From a bacterium (GTDB lineage Bacteria; Zhuqueibacterota; Zhuqueibacteria; Residuimicrobiales; Krinioviventaceae): a stretch of DNA of 64,000 nt. Of the stretch, positions 19,325-29,049 are shown in pieces. Where the stretch lies: positions 3,232,001-3,296,000 of the forward strand of contig CAXXMD010000003.1 in the NCBI GenBank assembly GCA_963675755.2, given 5' to 3'. Position numbers and translations under genes: made by a program. The notes under the pieces were generated by a model, which did not search any database, had not been told where the DNA came from, and saw nothing but the letters and a program-made list of their open reading frames with translations. The stretch's first letter is position 1. Every line of letters starts with the position of its first letter.

Positions 19325-22300
19325 GTGTCTAAAGTTAAGCTTTTGCTTGTTGAAGATGAAATTATTTTTGCAATGGATATGAAGCAGAAACTGGAAAATG
19401 CCGGTTACTCTGTTTTAGGAATTGTTACCAATCTTCAGGAAACCATGTCTGCCATTCAGAATGAAGTTCCAAATATTATACTGATGGATATAATGCTGAA
19501 TGAGGAAGATGATGGTGTAAGCATTGCTAAAAAAATCAGGCAGAATTATTTTATCCCAATTATTTTTATTACTGCTTTTACAGACAAGGAAACATTTGAC
19601 AGGGCAAAAGAAACGATGCCTTATGGCTATATTCTAAAGCCAATATCTGAAAGAGATTTGTTTGTAACTATTGACCTTGCTTTGTATAAACATTCTATTG
19701 AACTACACCTGAAAGAGCGTGAAGAGTGGTTTGAAGCTACGCTTACCAGTCTGGGGGACGCAGTAATTACTACCGATTCAGATGGTTTTATTACTTATAT
19801 AAATCCTACTGCAACACAAATCACTCAATGGGAAACGAGTGATGCAATTGGCCAAAATGTTCTTGATATTTTTGATGTAACGGAATATTTAAATTCAAAT
19901 AAAGATAGTAAAGATTTCATGTTGGCAGATAATACTTTTAAAACATTAGAGTCAGAATTAAAGACAAAGTTTAATGAAAACGTACCTATAGAATTTAACA
20001 TCAAGCAAATTTCACGTGAAAAAATTTCAACCAAAGGATATGTGATTGTATTCCGGGACATATCTGATAGAAAAAAAGCAGCAAAGGCTCTTGTCAAGTC
20101 TGAAGAGAAATACCGTACACTTGTTGAGAATATGCATGAAGTATTGTTTCATGTGGATATGGATGGTAATGTAACGTACATAAGCCCGGTAATCCACAGA
20201 ATTACGGGGTTTTTGCCCAGTGATATTGAAGGTAAGCATTTTAGCACATTGCTTGAGGAGGAAAGTAAAGATGCCGCGCAAATGGTTTTTCAAAACACTC
20301 TTGATGGACACAATCAGCATTTAGAAAGCAGGATTGTTCATAAAAAAGGAATTATATTATTTGTAAAGATTGTTTGCCAACTCATCAAAAATGAAGGAAA
20401 AGTATCGGGTATCTCTGGTATTATTACAGATGTGTCTGAACAGAAAATTGCTGAAAAGAATTTAGAATATGAGCAGCATTTATTAAACACGCTTATGAAG
20501 CAATCTACAGATTTTATTTATTTTAAAGATAAAGAAGGCAAATTTATTAGAGTAAATGACAAAACATTGTCAAAACATCATTTGTCTTCATTTGAAGAAA
20601 TTATAGGAAAGACGGATAAAGATTTTTTTATAGACGAGTATGCAAAACATGCATCTGAAGATGAAAATACCATTATGGAAACAGGTATTGCTATTGAAAA
20701 CTATGAAGAAATGGAGACATCTCTTGATGGTACAACAACTTGGGTTTCAACATCAAAGATGCCGTTAACCGATTTACAAGGTGATATCATTGGTACATTT
20801 GGAATATCTCGTGATATTACTGAACTTAAAGAGGTATCGAATCAACTCGTTGAATCTGAAAAACGTTTCAAAGATCTTGCTAATCTCTTACCTCAAACAA
20901 TATTTGAAATGAATGATGGTGGGATTTTTACTTTTGTAAACCAGCACGGACTTTTAAAATTTAACTGCTCGGTAGAAGAATTAAAGAATGGTGTCAGTTT
21001 TATGGAGTATATTGTACCAGAGGAAAGAGACCGGGCTTTAATTAATTATGGTAAAAGAATAAGCAATAGGGATATTACAAACTCGGAATATAATGTTCAA
21101 CTAAAGGATGGTACACGATTCCCGGTTTCTGTCTATGCATCTCCAATCTTTAATGATAACAAGTTTTCAGGTATGCGTGGTATTATCATAGACATTACTG
21201 AACGTAAGCAAATGTTTGAGCAGTTGGAAAATGCCAAGCTGGCAGCTGAAAAAGCAAATAGTGCCAAAAGTGAATTCCTTGCCAATATGAGTCATGAAAT
21301 CAGAACCCCAATGAATGGTATCGTTGGGATGCTTGACTTGTTAAATGATTCGGTACTTGAAGAAAAAGAAAAACAATACTTGACTATTGCAGAAAAATCG
21401 GCAGAAACGCTTCTCAATATTATTAATAATATTCTCGATCTGTCAAAAATTGAAGCCGGTAAATTAAAATTGCACAGTAGTGAATTTAACCTTCGCATTC
21501 TTTTGGAAAATCTGGTTTCCATGCATCGTTTGTCAAAACGTAATGATAATATTGAGATTTCATTCATTATTGATCCTACAATTCCGGTTATCCTTGAAGG
21601 TGATTATGTCAGGTTGGAACAGATATTAAATAATTTGCTTAGTAATGCGGTAAAATTTACAAATCAGGGTAGTGTTAGATTAGAAGTGAAAAATAATGAT
21701 CTTGATTGGAAAGTCGATAAAGATCTTGATTTGCAAATTCAGGTTATTGATACGGGTATTGGAATTGAAAAAGAAAAACAAAAACTGGTATTTGATCATT
21801 TTACACAAATCGATAGTTCTTTAACAAAACAGTTCTCCGGTACTGGTTTGGGATTAACAATTTGTAAACAGCTTGTTAATTTAATGGGCGGTACCATGGA
21901 GCTGGAGAGTGAACCGGAAAGTGGAACGACTGTATTTGTTAATCTTGAATTAAAAGTAGCCGATTCCTTGAAACAGGTGGTATATAATAGCTATGTTGAT
22001 ATATTGCCTTGTTATGTCAAGGTAAATGATGTTAACGAACTTTATGAAATCATTGAACCATTTGATATCAAGGTATTAAAAGAAGAATCGGCTTTGAAAT
22101 CAAATGATGATTTAATAATAATAATTGAAAAGAATCTGTTGGATGGTATTAATGAGGCATTCCTGCCCAATCATAAATTAGTGATCTTGACAGATAAAAT
22201 TGACTCTAATCTCAATAAAGAATATGCCCAGGCAACTGTACTGCCTTTACAATTCAATAAATATGAATTATTGAAAATACTTTATGATTCCAGTCAAAAC

Positions 22301-23056
22301 AGTTTGCAAAAACCAAAGGTTGAAAATAATCATGAAATTGACAGAGTTGAAAGTGAAAATTATACGGATGGTTCATTAATCAATGTGCTTGTTGCGGAAG
22401 ATGATAAAGTAAACCAAATGGTTTTTGTGAATTTATTAAAAGATTATAAAGTGAATGTAACTCTGGCTCAGGATGGATATCAGGTCTTGGAAAAGTTAAA
22501 AACGGATTCATTTGATCTCATTTTAATGGATATTCAAATGCCCCGAATGAATGGCCTGGAGGCTATAAATATTATTCGCAACTCGACTGAAAAGAGTATT
22601 CCTGCTGATATTCCTATAATTGTGATTACGGCTTATGCATTAAAAGGAGACGAAGACAAGTTTAAACAAGCCGGTGCTAATGATTATTTGGATAAACCAA
22701 TTGACCGAAAACTGTTACTTGAAAAAATTATCAAATGGAGTGGCAAGATACTCGCTTCAAGTGCAGATAAACGTAAAAAGCCTGACTCTACTACAGAAAA
22801 AAAATCAAGCCCAAAGATTAAAGATTTTGATAAAATAGTTGAGACTATGGAAAATTTGATCATATCGTTGGAAAAGAATGATATCAAACGTGTCCAGGAA
22901 AAAGCCATTGCATTACGTGATATGATTAAAAAATCAGATCATGATTATTTATCGCGGTTGGGTTTCAGGTTAGAGCTTGCAGTTGTAAATCAAAATTATG
23001 CAAAAATTAAAACGATATTGATCGAAATGCAGGAATTTTTCAAAATGAATAGTTGA
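19325..23056 (+). CDS. Hybrid sensor kinase REC-PASx4-HisKA-HATPase-REC with degenerate Hpt-like tail
   Basis: N-terminal REC (LMDIML), four PAS/PAC repeats, FLANMSHEIRTPM, NLLSNAVKFT, GTGLGL, second REC (LMDIQMP). Confidence 0.93.
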   Translation: MSKVKLLLVEDEIIFAMDMKQKLENAGYSVLGIVTNLQETMSAIQNEVPNIILMDIMLNEEDDGVSIAKKIRQNYFIPIIFITAFTDKETFDRAKETMPYGYILKPISERDLFVTIDLALYKHSIELHLKEREEWFEATLTSLGDAVITTDSDGFITYINPTATQITQWETSDAIGQNVLDIFDVTEYLNSNKDSKDFMLADNTFKTLESELKTKFNENVPIEFNIKQISREKISTKGYVIVFRDISDRKKAAKALVKSEEKYRTLVENMHEVLFHVDMDGNVTYISPVIHRITGFLPSDIEGKHFSTLLEEESKDAAQMVFQNTLDGHNQHLESRIVHKKGIILFVKIVCQLIKNEGKVSGISGIITDVSEQKIAEKNLEYEQHLLNTLMKQSTDFIYFKDKEGKFIRVNDKTLSKHHLSSFEEIIGKTDKDFFIDEYAKHASEDENTIMETGIAIENYEEMETSLDGTTTWVSTSKMPLTDLQGDIIGTFGISRDITELKEVSNQLVESEKRFKDLANLLPQTIFEMNDGGIFTFVNQHGLLKFNCSVEELKNGVSFMEYIVPEERDRALINYGKRISNRDITNSEYNVQLKDGTRFPVSVYASPIFNDNKFSGMRGIIIDITERKQMFEQLENAKLAAEKANSAKSEFLANMSHEIRTPMNGIVGMLDLLNDSVLEEKEKQYLTIAEKSAETLLNIINNILDLSKIEAGKLKLHSSEFNLRILLENLVSMHRLSKRNDNIEISFIIDPTIPVILEGDYVRLEQILNNLLSNAVKFTNQGSVRLEVKNNDLDWKVDKDLDLQIQVIDTGIGIEKEKQKLVFDHFTQIDSSLTKQFSGTGLGLTICKQLVNLMGGTMELESEPESGTTVFVNLELKVADSLKQVVYNSYVDILPCYVKVNDVNELYEIIEPFDIKVLKEESALKSNDDLIIIIEKNLLDGINEAFLPNHKLVILTDKIDSNLNKEYAQATVLPLQFNKYELLKILYDSSQNSLQKPKVENNHEIDRVESENYTDGSLINVLVAEDDKVNQMVFVNLLKDYKVNVTLAQDGYQVLEKLKTDSFDLILMDIQMPRMNGLEAINIIRNSTEKSIPADIPIIVITAYALKGDEDKFKQAGANDYLDKPIDRKLLLEKIIKWSGKILASSADKRKKPDSTTEKKSSPKIKDFDKIVETMENLIISLEKNDIKRVQEKAIALRDMIKKSDHDYLSRLGFRLELAVVNQNYAKIKTILIEMQEFFKMNS

Positions 23057-23189
23057 AAATCCACTGGGGGCACGGATTCATTTCTCACGATTCTGCAATT
23101 AATAACCTTTTGTAAAAAAAATAATTTGAAAAGCATGAATATTTGGTTATTTTAAATATTAAATAATGACCATTATAAAGGAGCGTTCA

Positions 23190-24110
23190 ATGAAAAAAAT
23201 GTTGAGGATTGGTATCTTGATCTTGTTAACAGGTATGCAATTATCATTTGCTCAGACTTTGGCAGAAAAGCTGGGCTATAAAAATACAGACAAGCTTTTA
23301 ATTGTAAATTGTGACGATGTAGGCATGTGTCATTCGGCTAATGTGGCAGTAATGGATGCTATGGTGAACGGAATGATCACATCGGGTACAATAATGACTC
23401 CATGCCCCTGGTTCAACGAGATTGCTGATTTTGCTAAAAGCGGAGCAAAAAGCGATCTGGGTGTGCACCTGACACATACTGCGGAATGGAAACATTACCG
23501 TTGGGGAACTGTTGCTTCCAAAAATCTTGTAAGCGGATTGCTGGATCCCCAGGGATATATGTGGGAATCGGTTGAACATGTATATAAACATGCCAACGCA
23601 GAACAAGCTTATATAGAAGGCAAAGCGCAGATCCAAAAAGCGCTTGATGCCGGTATTGATGTTACACATATTGACTCACACATGGGTACAATGCAGCATG
23701 ATCCCGAATATTATCAGGCATATGTGAAATTGGCCAAAGAATACAATTTGCCTCTACGAATGCCGTCTCAAACTACTACAGAAAAATTTGGTATGCCCGG
23801 TCTGCGCAGTCAGGTTTCCTCAATGGGGCTGATCTTTCCTGATTATTTTGTATATGAAGAATTGCACAACTATGGAGAGGTTAAACCTTTTTGGACCAAT
23901 ATTTTAAAAAATTTAAAGCCCGGTGTTACAGAGATCTATATACACGCGGCTGTTGTAACTGATGAATTAAAAGCCATTACAAACAGTTGGAAAACACGAA
24001 GCCAAGAGTATGAAACCTTTAATCAGGATCCGGATATCAAGAAATTGATTGAGGATGAAGGTATTATTTTAATTGGTTATCGTCCATTGAGAGAACTGCA
24101 GCGTAAATAA
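23190..24110 (+). CDS. Exported YdjC/ChbG-family carbohydrate deacetylase
   Basis: IVNCDDVG, LGVHLT, HIDSHMG, EIYIH; signal peptide ending SFA; start placed after AAGGAG. Confidence 0.85.
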   Translation: MKKMLRIGILILLTGMQLSFAQTLAEKLGYKNTDKLLIVNCDDVGMCHSANVAVMDAMVNGMITSGTIMTPCPWFNEIADFAKSGAKSDLGVHLTHTAEWKHYRWGTVASKNLVSGLLDPQGYMWESVEHVYKHANAEQAYIEGKAQIQKALDAGIDVTHIDSHMGTMQHDPEYYQAYVKLAKEYNLPLRMPSQTTTEKFGMPGLRSQVSSMGLIFPDYFVYEELHNYGEVKPFWTNILKNLKPGVTEIYIHAAVVTDELKAITNSWKTRSQEYETFNQDPDIKKLIEDEGIILIGYRPLRELQRK

Positions 24111-24133
24111 TAATTCTCTGTTAGAGGAATAAT

Positions 24134-25645
24134 ATGAAAAAATTATTATTCAGCATTATTGTTTTATTAATTTCAGTTCCTGTACTTTTATCCAAACCGA
24201 TTGAAATTGAAAAATCGGTTTTAAAAGACAAAATTAAAGGCGGTTGGGCGGGCCAATTGATTGGCTGTACTTATGGCGGTCCAACCGAATTTAAATTCAA
24301 CAGTACCATTATTCCGGATTATCACCCCATCGAATGGGACAGCACGTTGATAGAATGGTGGTTTGATAATCATCCCGGATTGTATGATGATATTTATATG
24401 GACCTTACGTTTGTTGATGTTTTTGATAAACAGGGTCTGGATGCACCTGCCGATGCCTTTGCCAAAGCGTTTGCGAATGCAGAGTATCCGCTTTGGCATG
24501 CTAATCAGGCTGCCAGATATAATATTCTAAATGGTATCATGCCGCCACAGTCAGGGCACTGGCTAAATAATCCTCATGCGGATGATCTTGATTTTCAGAT
24601 TGAAGCGGATTTTGCCGGGTTGATGAGCCCCGGATTGGTAAACGCCGCTGCCGGTTATTGTGATCGTATTGGTCATATTATGAATTATGGTGATGGCTGG
24701 TATGGCGGAGTCTATGTAGCTGCCATGTACTCGCTTGCGTTTATCTCGGACGATATTGACTTTATTGTCAATGAGGCATTAAAGGCCATTCCCGCACAGA
24801 GTACGTATTATCAATGTATGCAGGATGTAATATCGTTACATGACAAATTCCCAGATGACTGGAAACGTTGCTGGTTTGAAATTGAAAAAAGATGGGGAGA
24901 AGATATTGGCTGTCCTGATGGTGTTTTTCGTGCGTTTAATATTGATGCCAAGATAAATTCCGCATGGATTTTACTAGGCCTTTTGTATGGTGATGGTGAT
25001 TTTGGCAAAACCATTGATATCAGCACGCGTGCGGGAGATGATTCGGATTGTAATCCTGCAAGCTCGGGGGGAATACTGGGTGCTATGATTGGTTACAGCA
25101 ATATACCTATGGAATGGAAACAAGGTTTGGCCAAAGTTGCTGATCGTGATTTTCAGTATACCCAGATATCTCTTAATAAAGCGAATGAGTTGTCTTTTCA
25201 ACAGGCATTACAGGTTATAAAAATTAACGGTGGCTCAATCGAAAAAAATAAAGTGGTAATACCTGAACAAGATATTGTGACCGTACCGCTTGAAATTGGG
25301 TTTGAGGGCCATTACCCATTGGCGAGAAAGACAATTGATGCTGAGCTTGATTCTGAGACCGAACTGGAATTTGAAGGGATTGGATTTGCTTTGCAGGGTA
25401 GGATTGTTAAAGATCCGGAGGTTGAGCATACTTTTCTAGTAGAGATGTATGTTGATAATGCGTTAATAGAAACAGCCAAACTGCCGTCATTGCGGCATGA
25501 TCGAAGGAATCCCATGTTTTGGAGATATAATTTGGCAGAGGGTAAACACAGTGTAAAATTCAAGGTATTGAATCCTGCCTCCAACGCAAGAATGCATTTG
25601 ACTGAAATGATTATATATTCTTCTACTGAAAAGCAAAATCAATAA
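24134..25645 (+). CDS. Exported ADP-ribosylglycohydrolase-family protein
   Basis: DKIKGGWAGQLIG, DDIYMD, DFQIEADFAG, GDDSDCNPASSGG; Sec signal peptide; extra C-terminal beta domain. Confidence 0.85.
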   Translation: MKKLLFSIIVLLISVPVLLSKPIEIEKSVLKDKIKGGWAGQLIGCTYGGPTEFKFNSTIIPDYHPIEWDSTLIEWWFDNHPGLYDDIYMDLTFVDVFDKQGLDAPADAFAKAFANAEYPLWHANQAARYNILNGIMPPQSGHWLNNPHADDLDFQIEADFAGLMSPGLVNAAAGYCDRIGHIMNYGDGWYGGVYVAAMYSLAFISDDIDFIVNEALKAIPAQSTYYQCMQDVISLHDKFPDDWKRCWFEIEKRWGEDIGCPDGVFRAFNIDAKINSAWILLGLLYGDGDFGKTIDISTRAGDDSDCNPASSGGILGAMIGYSNIPMEWKQGLAKVADRDFQYTQISLNKANELSFQQALQVIKINGGSIEKNKVVIPEQDIVTVPLEIGFEGHYPLARKTIDAELDSETELEFEGIGFALQGRIVKDPEVEHTFLVEMYVDNALIETAKLPSLRHDRRNPMFWRYNLAEGKHSVKFKVLNPASNARMHLTEMIIYSSTEKQNQ

Positions 25646-25667
25646 TTCAACTCTTGGGAGACAGGTA

Positions 25668-26600
25668 ATGAAAAAACTTTTACTAATAGTTTCTATTACA
25701 ATTTTTTATATGTCTTTAAGCTTTGCTGCTGATAAACAAAAAATTATATTCGATTGTGATCTTGGTGATGATATTGATGACGCGTTTGCCCTTGCTATGA
25801 TACTTGCCAGCCCCGAGCTGGATGTTCTGGGTATTGTTCTGGATTATGGTAACACGCCTGAACGCGCCAAAATTGCTTGCCGTATGTTGTACGAGACCGG
25901 CAGAGAAGACATCCCAGTGGTTGTAGGCAGACAAACGCATGATAAATACTCACCTCAATTCAACTGGGGAAAAGGATTTACTAAAGTAAAACCTATTGAT
26001 ACACCTGCTGATGAATTTATTATTTCGCAATTAAAGAAATACCCCAATGAGATCGTTTTGATAACTGTGGGCCCGGTTCCCAATATGATGGATGTGATTA
26101 AAAAAGATAAAGACGCATTAAAACTCACCAAACATATCTATTCCATGTATGGCTCTTTTTATATGGGATACAACAAGGAACCTATACCCAGTGCGGAATG
26201 GAATGTACGTGCTGATGAAGATGCATCTAAACTGTTTTCTGCCTGTGGTGCAGAGATCACTTATGCCGGGCTGGATGTTACAACTTTTGTAAAATGGAAT
26301 GAAGAACGTCGTTTAAAACTGTTGATGCGACAGTCACCCCTTACCAATGCATTGTGTGGATTATACAGCCTATGGCCGAATGAAACGCCTACTTTGTATG
26401 ATTGTGTGGCAGTAGGCATGGTTATTTGGCCGGATCTATTTACAACCCGAAAAGCTTTTGTTAAAGTTATTGATGGTGGATATACTATTATTGATGAGAG
26501 CAAGACACCCAACTGTGAGGTTGGAGTCAGCATTAAAACTGAAAAGTTTTTGAATAGATTGATGAATGTATATCTAACCCAGAACCTGATGCGCGAATAA
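25668..26600 (+). CDS. Exported nucleoside hydrolase (IU-NH family)
   Basis: FDCDLGDDIDDAFAL, VGPVPN, AEWNV, GLDVT, LYD; signal peptide ending SFA. Confidence 0.88.
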   Translation: MKKLLLIVSITIFYMSLSFAADKQKIIFDCDLGDDIDDAFALAMILASPELDVLGIVLDYGNTPERAKIACRMLYETGREDIPVVVGRQTHDKYSPQFNWGKGFTKVKPIDTPADEFIISQLKKYPNEIVLITVGPVPNMMDVIKKDKDALKLTKHIYSMYGSFYMGYNKEPIPSAEWNVRADEDASKLFSACGAEITYAGLDVTTFVKWNEERRLKLLMRQSPLTNALCGLYSLWPNETPTLYDCVAVGMVIWPDLFTTRKAFVKVIDGGYTIIDESKTPNCEVGVSIKTEKFLNRLMNVYLTQNLMRE

Positions 26601-26619
26601 TTCCATAGGTGAGTACGCT

Positions 26620-27552
26620 TTGGAAAAAACTTTGAAAATTGTAGTTGTTGGCAGTTCCAATACAGATATGATTGTTAATGTACCCAAAATTCCTGTAGCA
26701 GGTGAAACGGTTTTGGGAGGCACATTTAGACGTGCAGCCGGCGGCAAAGGTGCAAATCAGGCAGTTGCTGCGGCACGGGCAGGTGGTAATGTAACATTCA
26801 TTGCAAGAGTGGGGAACGATAGCTTTGGAGAAGAAGCGATTACCGGGTTTGCCATAGATCATATCCAAACGCAATATGTATTTCAGGATGAAAAAGCCCC
26901 TTCAGGTATTGCTGAAATTTTTGTTTCTGAAAGCGGAGAGAACTGTATAGCCGTAGCTCCCGGTGCAAATGCTCTGTTGAACTCTGATGATGTATTGAAA
27001 GCAAAATCTGAAATAGCTTCTGCTGATGTACTGGTTGCCCAGTTGGAAATCCCTCTTGAAGCCGTGGCAACAGCAATTTCTATTGCAAGTCAAAACCGTA
27101 CCAAAGTGATCTTGAATCCTGCTCCGGCATGTGAGCTGCCGGACGAGTTATTGTCGCAGGTATCGATTCTGACACCCAACGAAACCGAAGCCGAATTTTT
27201 GACAGGAATTACCATAACGGACCTCAAAAGTGCAGAACAGGCGAGTGAGGTTTTGCGGCAAAAGGGTGTGCAAATGGTAATTATTACTTTGGGCAGCAAG
27301 GGCGTGTATGTCTCTACAAGCGAGTTTGGCGGGTTAATACCCGGCTATGAGGTGGATGCAGTGGATACAACCGCAGCCGGCGATGTGTTTAACGGCGCGC
27401 TTGCAGTCGGTATTGCAGGTAGAATGATGCTGAATGAAGCGGTACAATTTGCACAGGCTGCAGCAGCACTTTCTGTAACACAAAAGGGTGCTCAACCATC
27501 CTGTCCTACCCGAAAAGAGATACTGGGTTTTATCTCTCAACAACATCATTAA
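26620..27552 (+). CDS. rbsK: Ribokinase
   Basis: GSSNTD, GGKGANQAVAAAR, LNPAPA, PNETEA, DTTAAGDVFNGA. Confidence 0.95.
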   Translation: MEKTLKIVVVGSSNTDMIVNVPKIPVAGETVLGGTFRRAAGGKGANQAVAAARAGGNVTFIARVGNDSFGEEAITGFAIDHIQTQYVFQDEKAPSGIAEIFVSESGENCIAVAPGANALLNSDDVLKAKSEIASADVLVAQLEIPLEAVATAISIASQNRTKVILNPAPACELPDELLSQVSILTPNETEAEFLTGITITDLKSAEQASEVLRQKGVQMVIITLGSKGVYVSTSEFGGLIPGYEVDAVDTTAAGDVFNGALAVGIAGRMMLNEAVQFAQAAAALSVTQKGAQPSCPTRKEILGFISQQHH

Positions 27553-27587
27553 TTTATTTTGATTCAAATCTGATCCTATTTAATACC

Positions 27588-27616
27588 TTGCGCATTTATC
27601 CGAGTATTTGTATTTT
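27588..27616 (+). promoter_or_regulatory. Sigma70 promoter with degenerate LacI-type operator in the spacer
   Basis: TTGCGC-17 nt-TATTTT; TTATCCGAGTAT at 27596-27607 matches TTACTCGAGTAA at 9/12. Confidence 0.45.
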
Positions 27617-27678
27617 CAATTATTCCTTGATAACTATTGTGTTTCAGGCAAATTTTAATAAAGAAAAGAGGTCTGGGT

Positions 27679-29049
27679 ATGCAAGAAGAGAATAAAACAT
27701 CAAGACGTGAGTTTATAAAAAACTCTACTGCCGCAGCGGTAGGAATAGGCGCATTGGGCGCACCTGCAATCAAACCGGTTTTGGGGGCAAATGATAAAAT
27801 CCGTATGGGATTTATTGGTGTGGGAAACCGGGGGACACAATTGTTACACAGTTTTGTTGAAAATAAGGATGTTGAACTCGTAGCTTTGTGTGATGTGTAT
27901 GAACCCTTTACCCTGCGTGATCCCTCCAAACTGGATCCCATCTTTGTAGAAAAATTGGGCAAGCGTTTACCGGCTTTGGGTGAAAAGTTTGGTAAATACG
28001 ATCGCTATTCAGATTTTAGAAAACTTTTGGAACGTAAAGATATAGATGCGGTTTGCATTGCAACCCCGGACCACTGGCACTCTATTCAAATGATTGAGGC
28101 ATGCGAAGCAGGTAAAGATGTTTATGTGGAAAAACCCCTGACAATTGCTTTAATAGAGGGGCGTCGGATGGTTGATGCTGCTGAACGTACCGGGCAAATT
28201 GTTCAGGTAGGTTTGAACCGCAGAGGATCTACTTTGTACCAGCAAATGGTAAAGATGGTACAGGGTGGCAAGTTGGGTAAAATTACTACCGCCAGAGCTT
28301 CACGTATCAGCAATATGTATCCTAACGGCATTGGAAATGAAAAACCTGCTGATCCACCAAAGGATCTGGATTGGGATATGTGGCTGGGGCCTCGTGAGTT
28401 TAGACCTTTTCAATATAATATTATGCCATATTTCTTTCGCTGGTGGAAGTCTTATTCTTCGCAAATGGGTAACTGGGGCGTGCATTATTTTGATGTTATG
28501 CGCTGGATGATGGGAGAGCGTGCTCCCGTTGCGGTTACGGCAATTGGCGGTAAATATGCATTAACTGATGACCGCACCATTCCGGATACCACTGAAGTGA
28601 TTTTCGAGTTTGCTTCCGGTGCAATTATGACTTTTTCAATTTATGAAGCCAGTGGCGGCAGAGTCATTCAAAAAGGCGAAGTAGAGCTGCGCGGTACCAA
28701 AGGTACGCTATATACAACTGACAATAATTACACCATTATACCCTCAAAAGCAGGGCAGTTTCAGGATTGGGATAAACTGGTTGAAGGAACAGATCAGGAT
28801 ATATCCAAACCGGAAGACATTACCTCCAAACTGATCCGTAATTTTCTGGATTGTGTGAAATCAAAAGCTGAACCCTGGTGTCCGCTGGAAGAAGGACATC
28901 GATCAACTTCATTTGCGCATATTGCCAATATTTCTCTGGAGGTGGGGGGACGACTGGAATGGGACGCAGAAAAAGAACAATTTATTAATAATGATAAAGC
29001 AAACGAATTGTTGGATTATGAGTACAGAGCGCCATGGAAAAAAGCCTGA
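27679..29049 (+). CDS. Tat-exported Gfo/Idh/MocA oxidoreductase
   Basis: SRREFIK Tat motif; IGVGNRG, ATPDHWH, VYVEKP, WGVHYFD. Confidence 0.9.
   Translation: MQEENKTSRREFIKNSTAAAVGIGALGAPAIKPVLGANDKIRMGFIGVGNRGTQLLHSFVENKDVELVALCDVYEPFTLRDPSKLDPIFVEKLGKRLPALGEKFGKYDRYSDFRKLLERKDIDAVCIATPDHWHSIQMIEACEAGKDVYVEKPLTIALIEGRRMVDAAERTGQIVQVGLNRRGSTLYQQMVKMVQGGKLGKITTARASRISNMYPNGIGNEKPADPPKDLDWDMWLGPREFRPFQYNIMPYFFRWWKSYSSQMGNWGVHYFDVMRWMMGERAPVAVTAIGGKYALTDDRTIPDTTEVIFEFASGAIMTFSIYEASGGRVIQKGEVELRGTKGTLYTTDNNYTIIPSKAGQFQDWDKLVEGTDQDISKPEDITSKLIRNFLDCVKSKAEPWCPLEEGHRSTSFAHIANISLEVGGRLEWDAEKEQFINNDKANELLDYEYRAPWKKA

Noticed and set aside
24134-25645. ADP-ribosylglycohydrolase as antitoxin or DraG nitrogenase regulator
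   Set aside because: No ADP-ribosyltransferase or nif gene is nearby. The signal peptide and the NH/RbsK context point to catabolism.
27576-27962. Minus-strand 128-aa ORF, and the longer 27637 start for the oxidoreductase
   Set aside because: It overlaps the promoter and Tat leader. ATG 27679 has an RBS and places the RR motif near the N-terminus.
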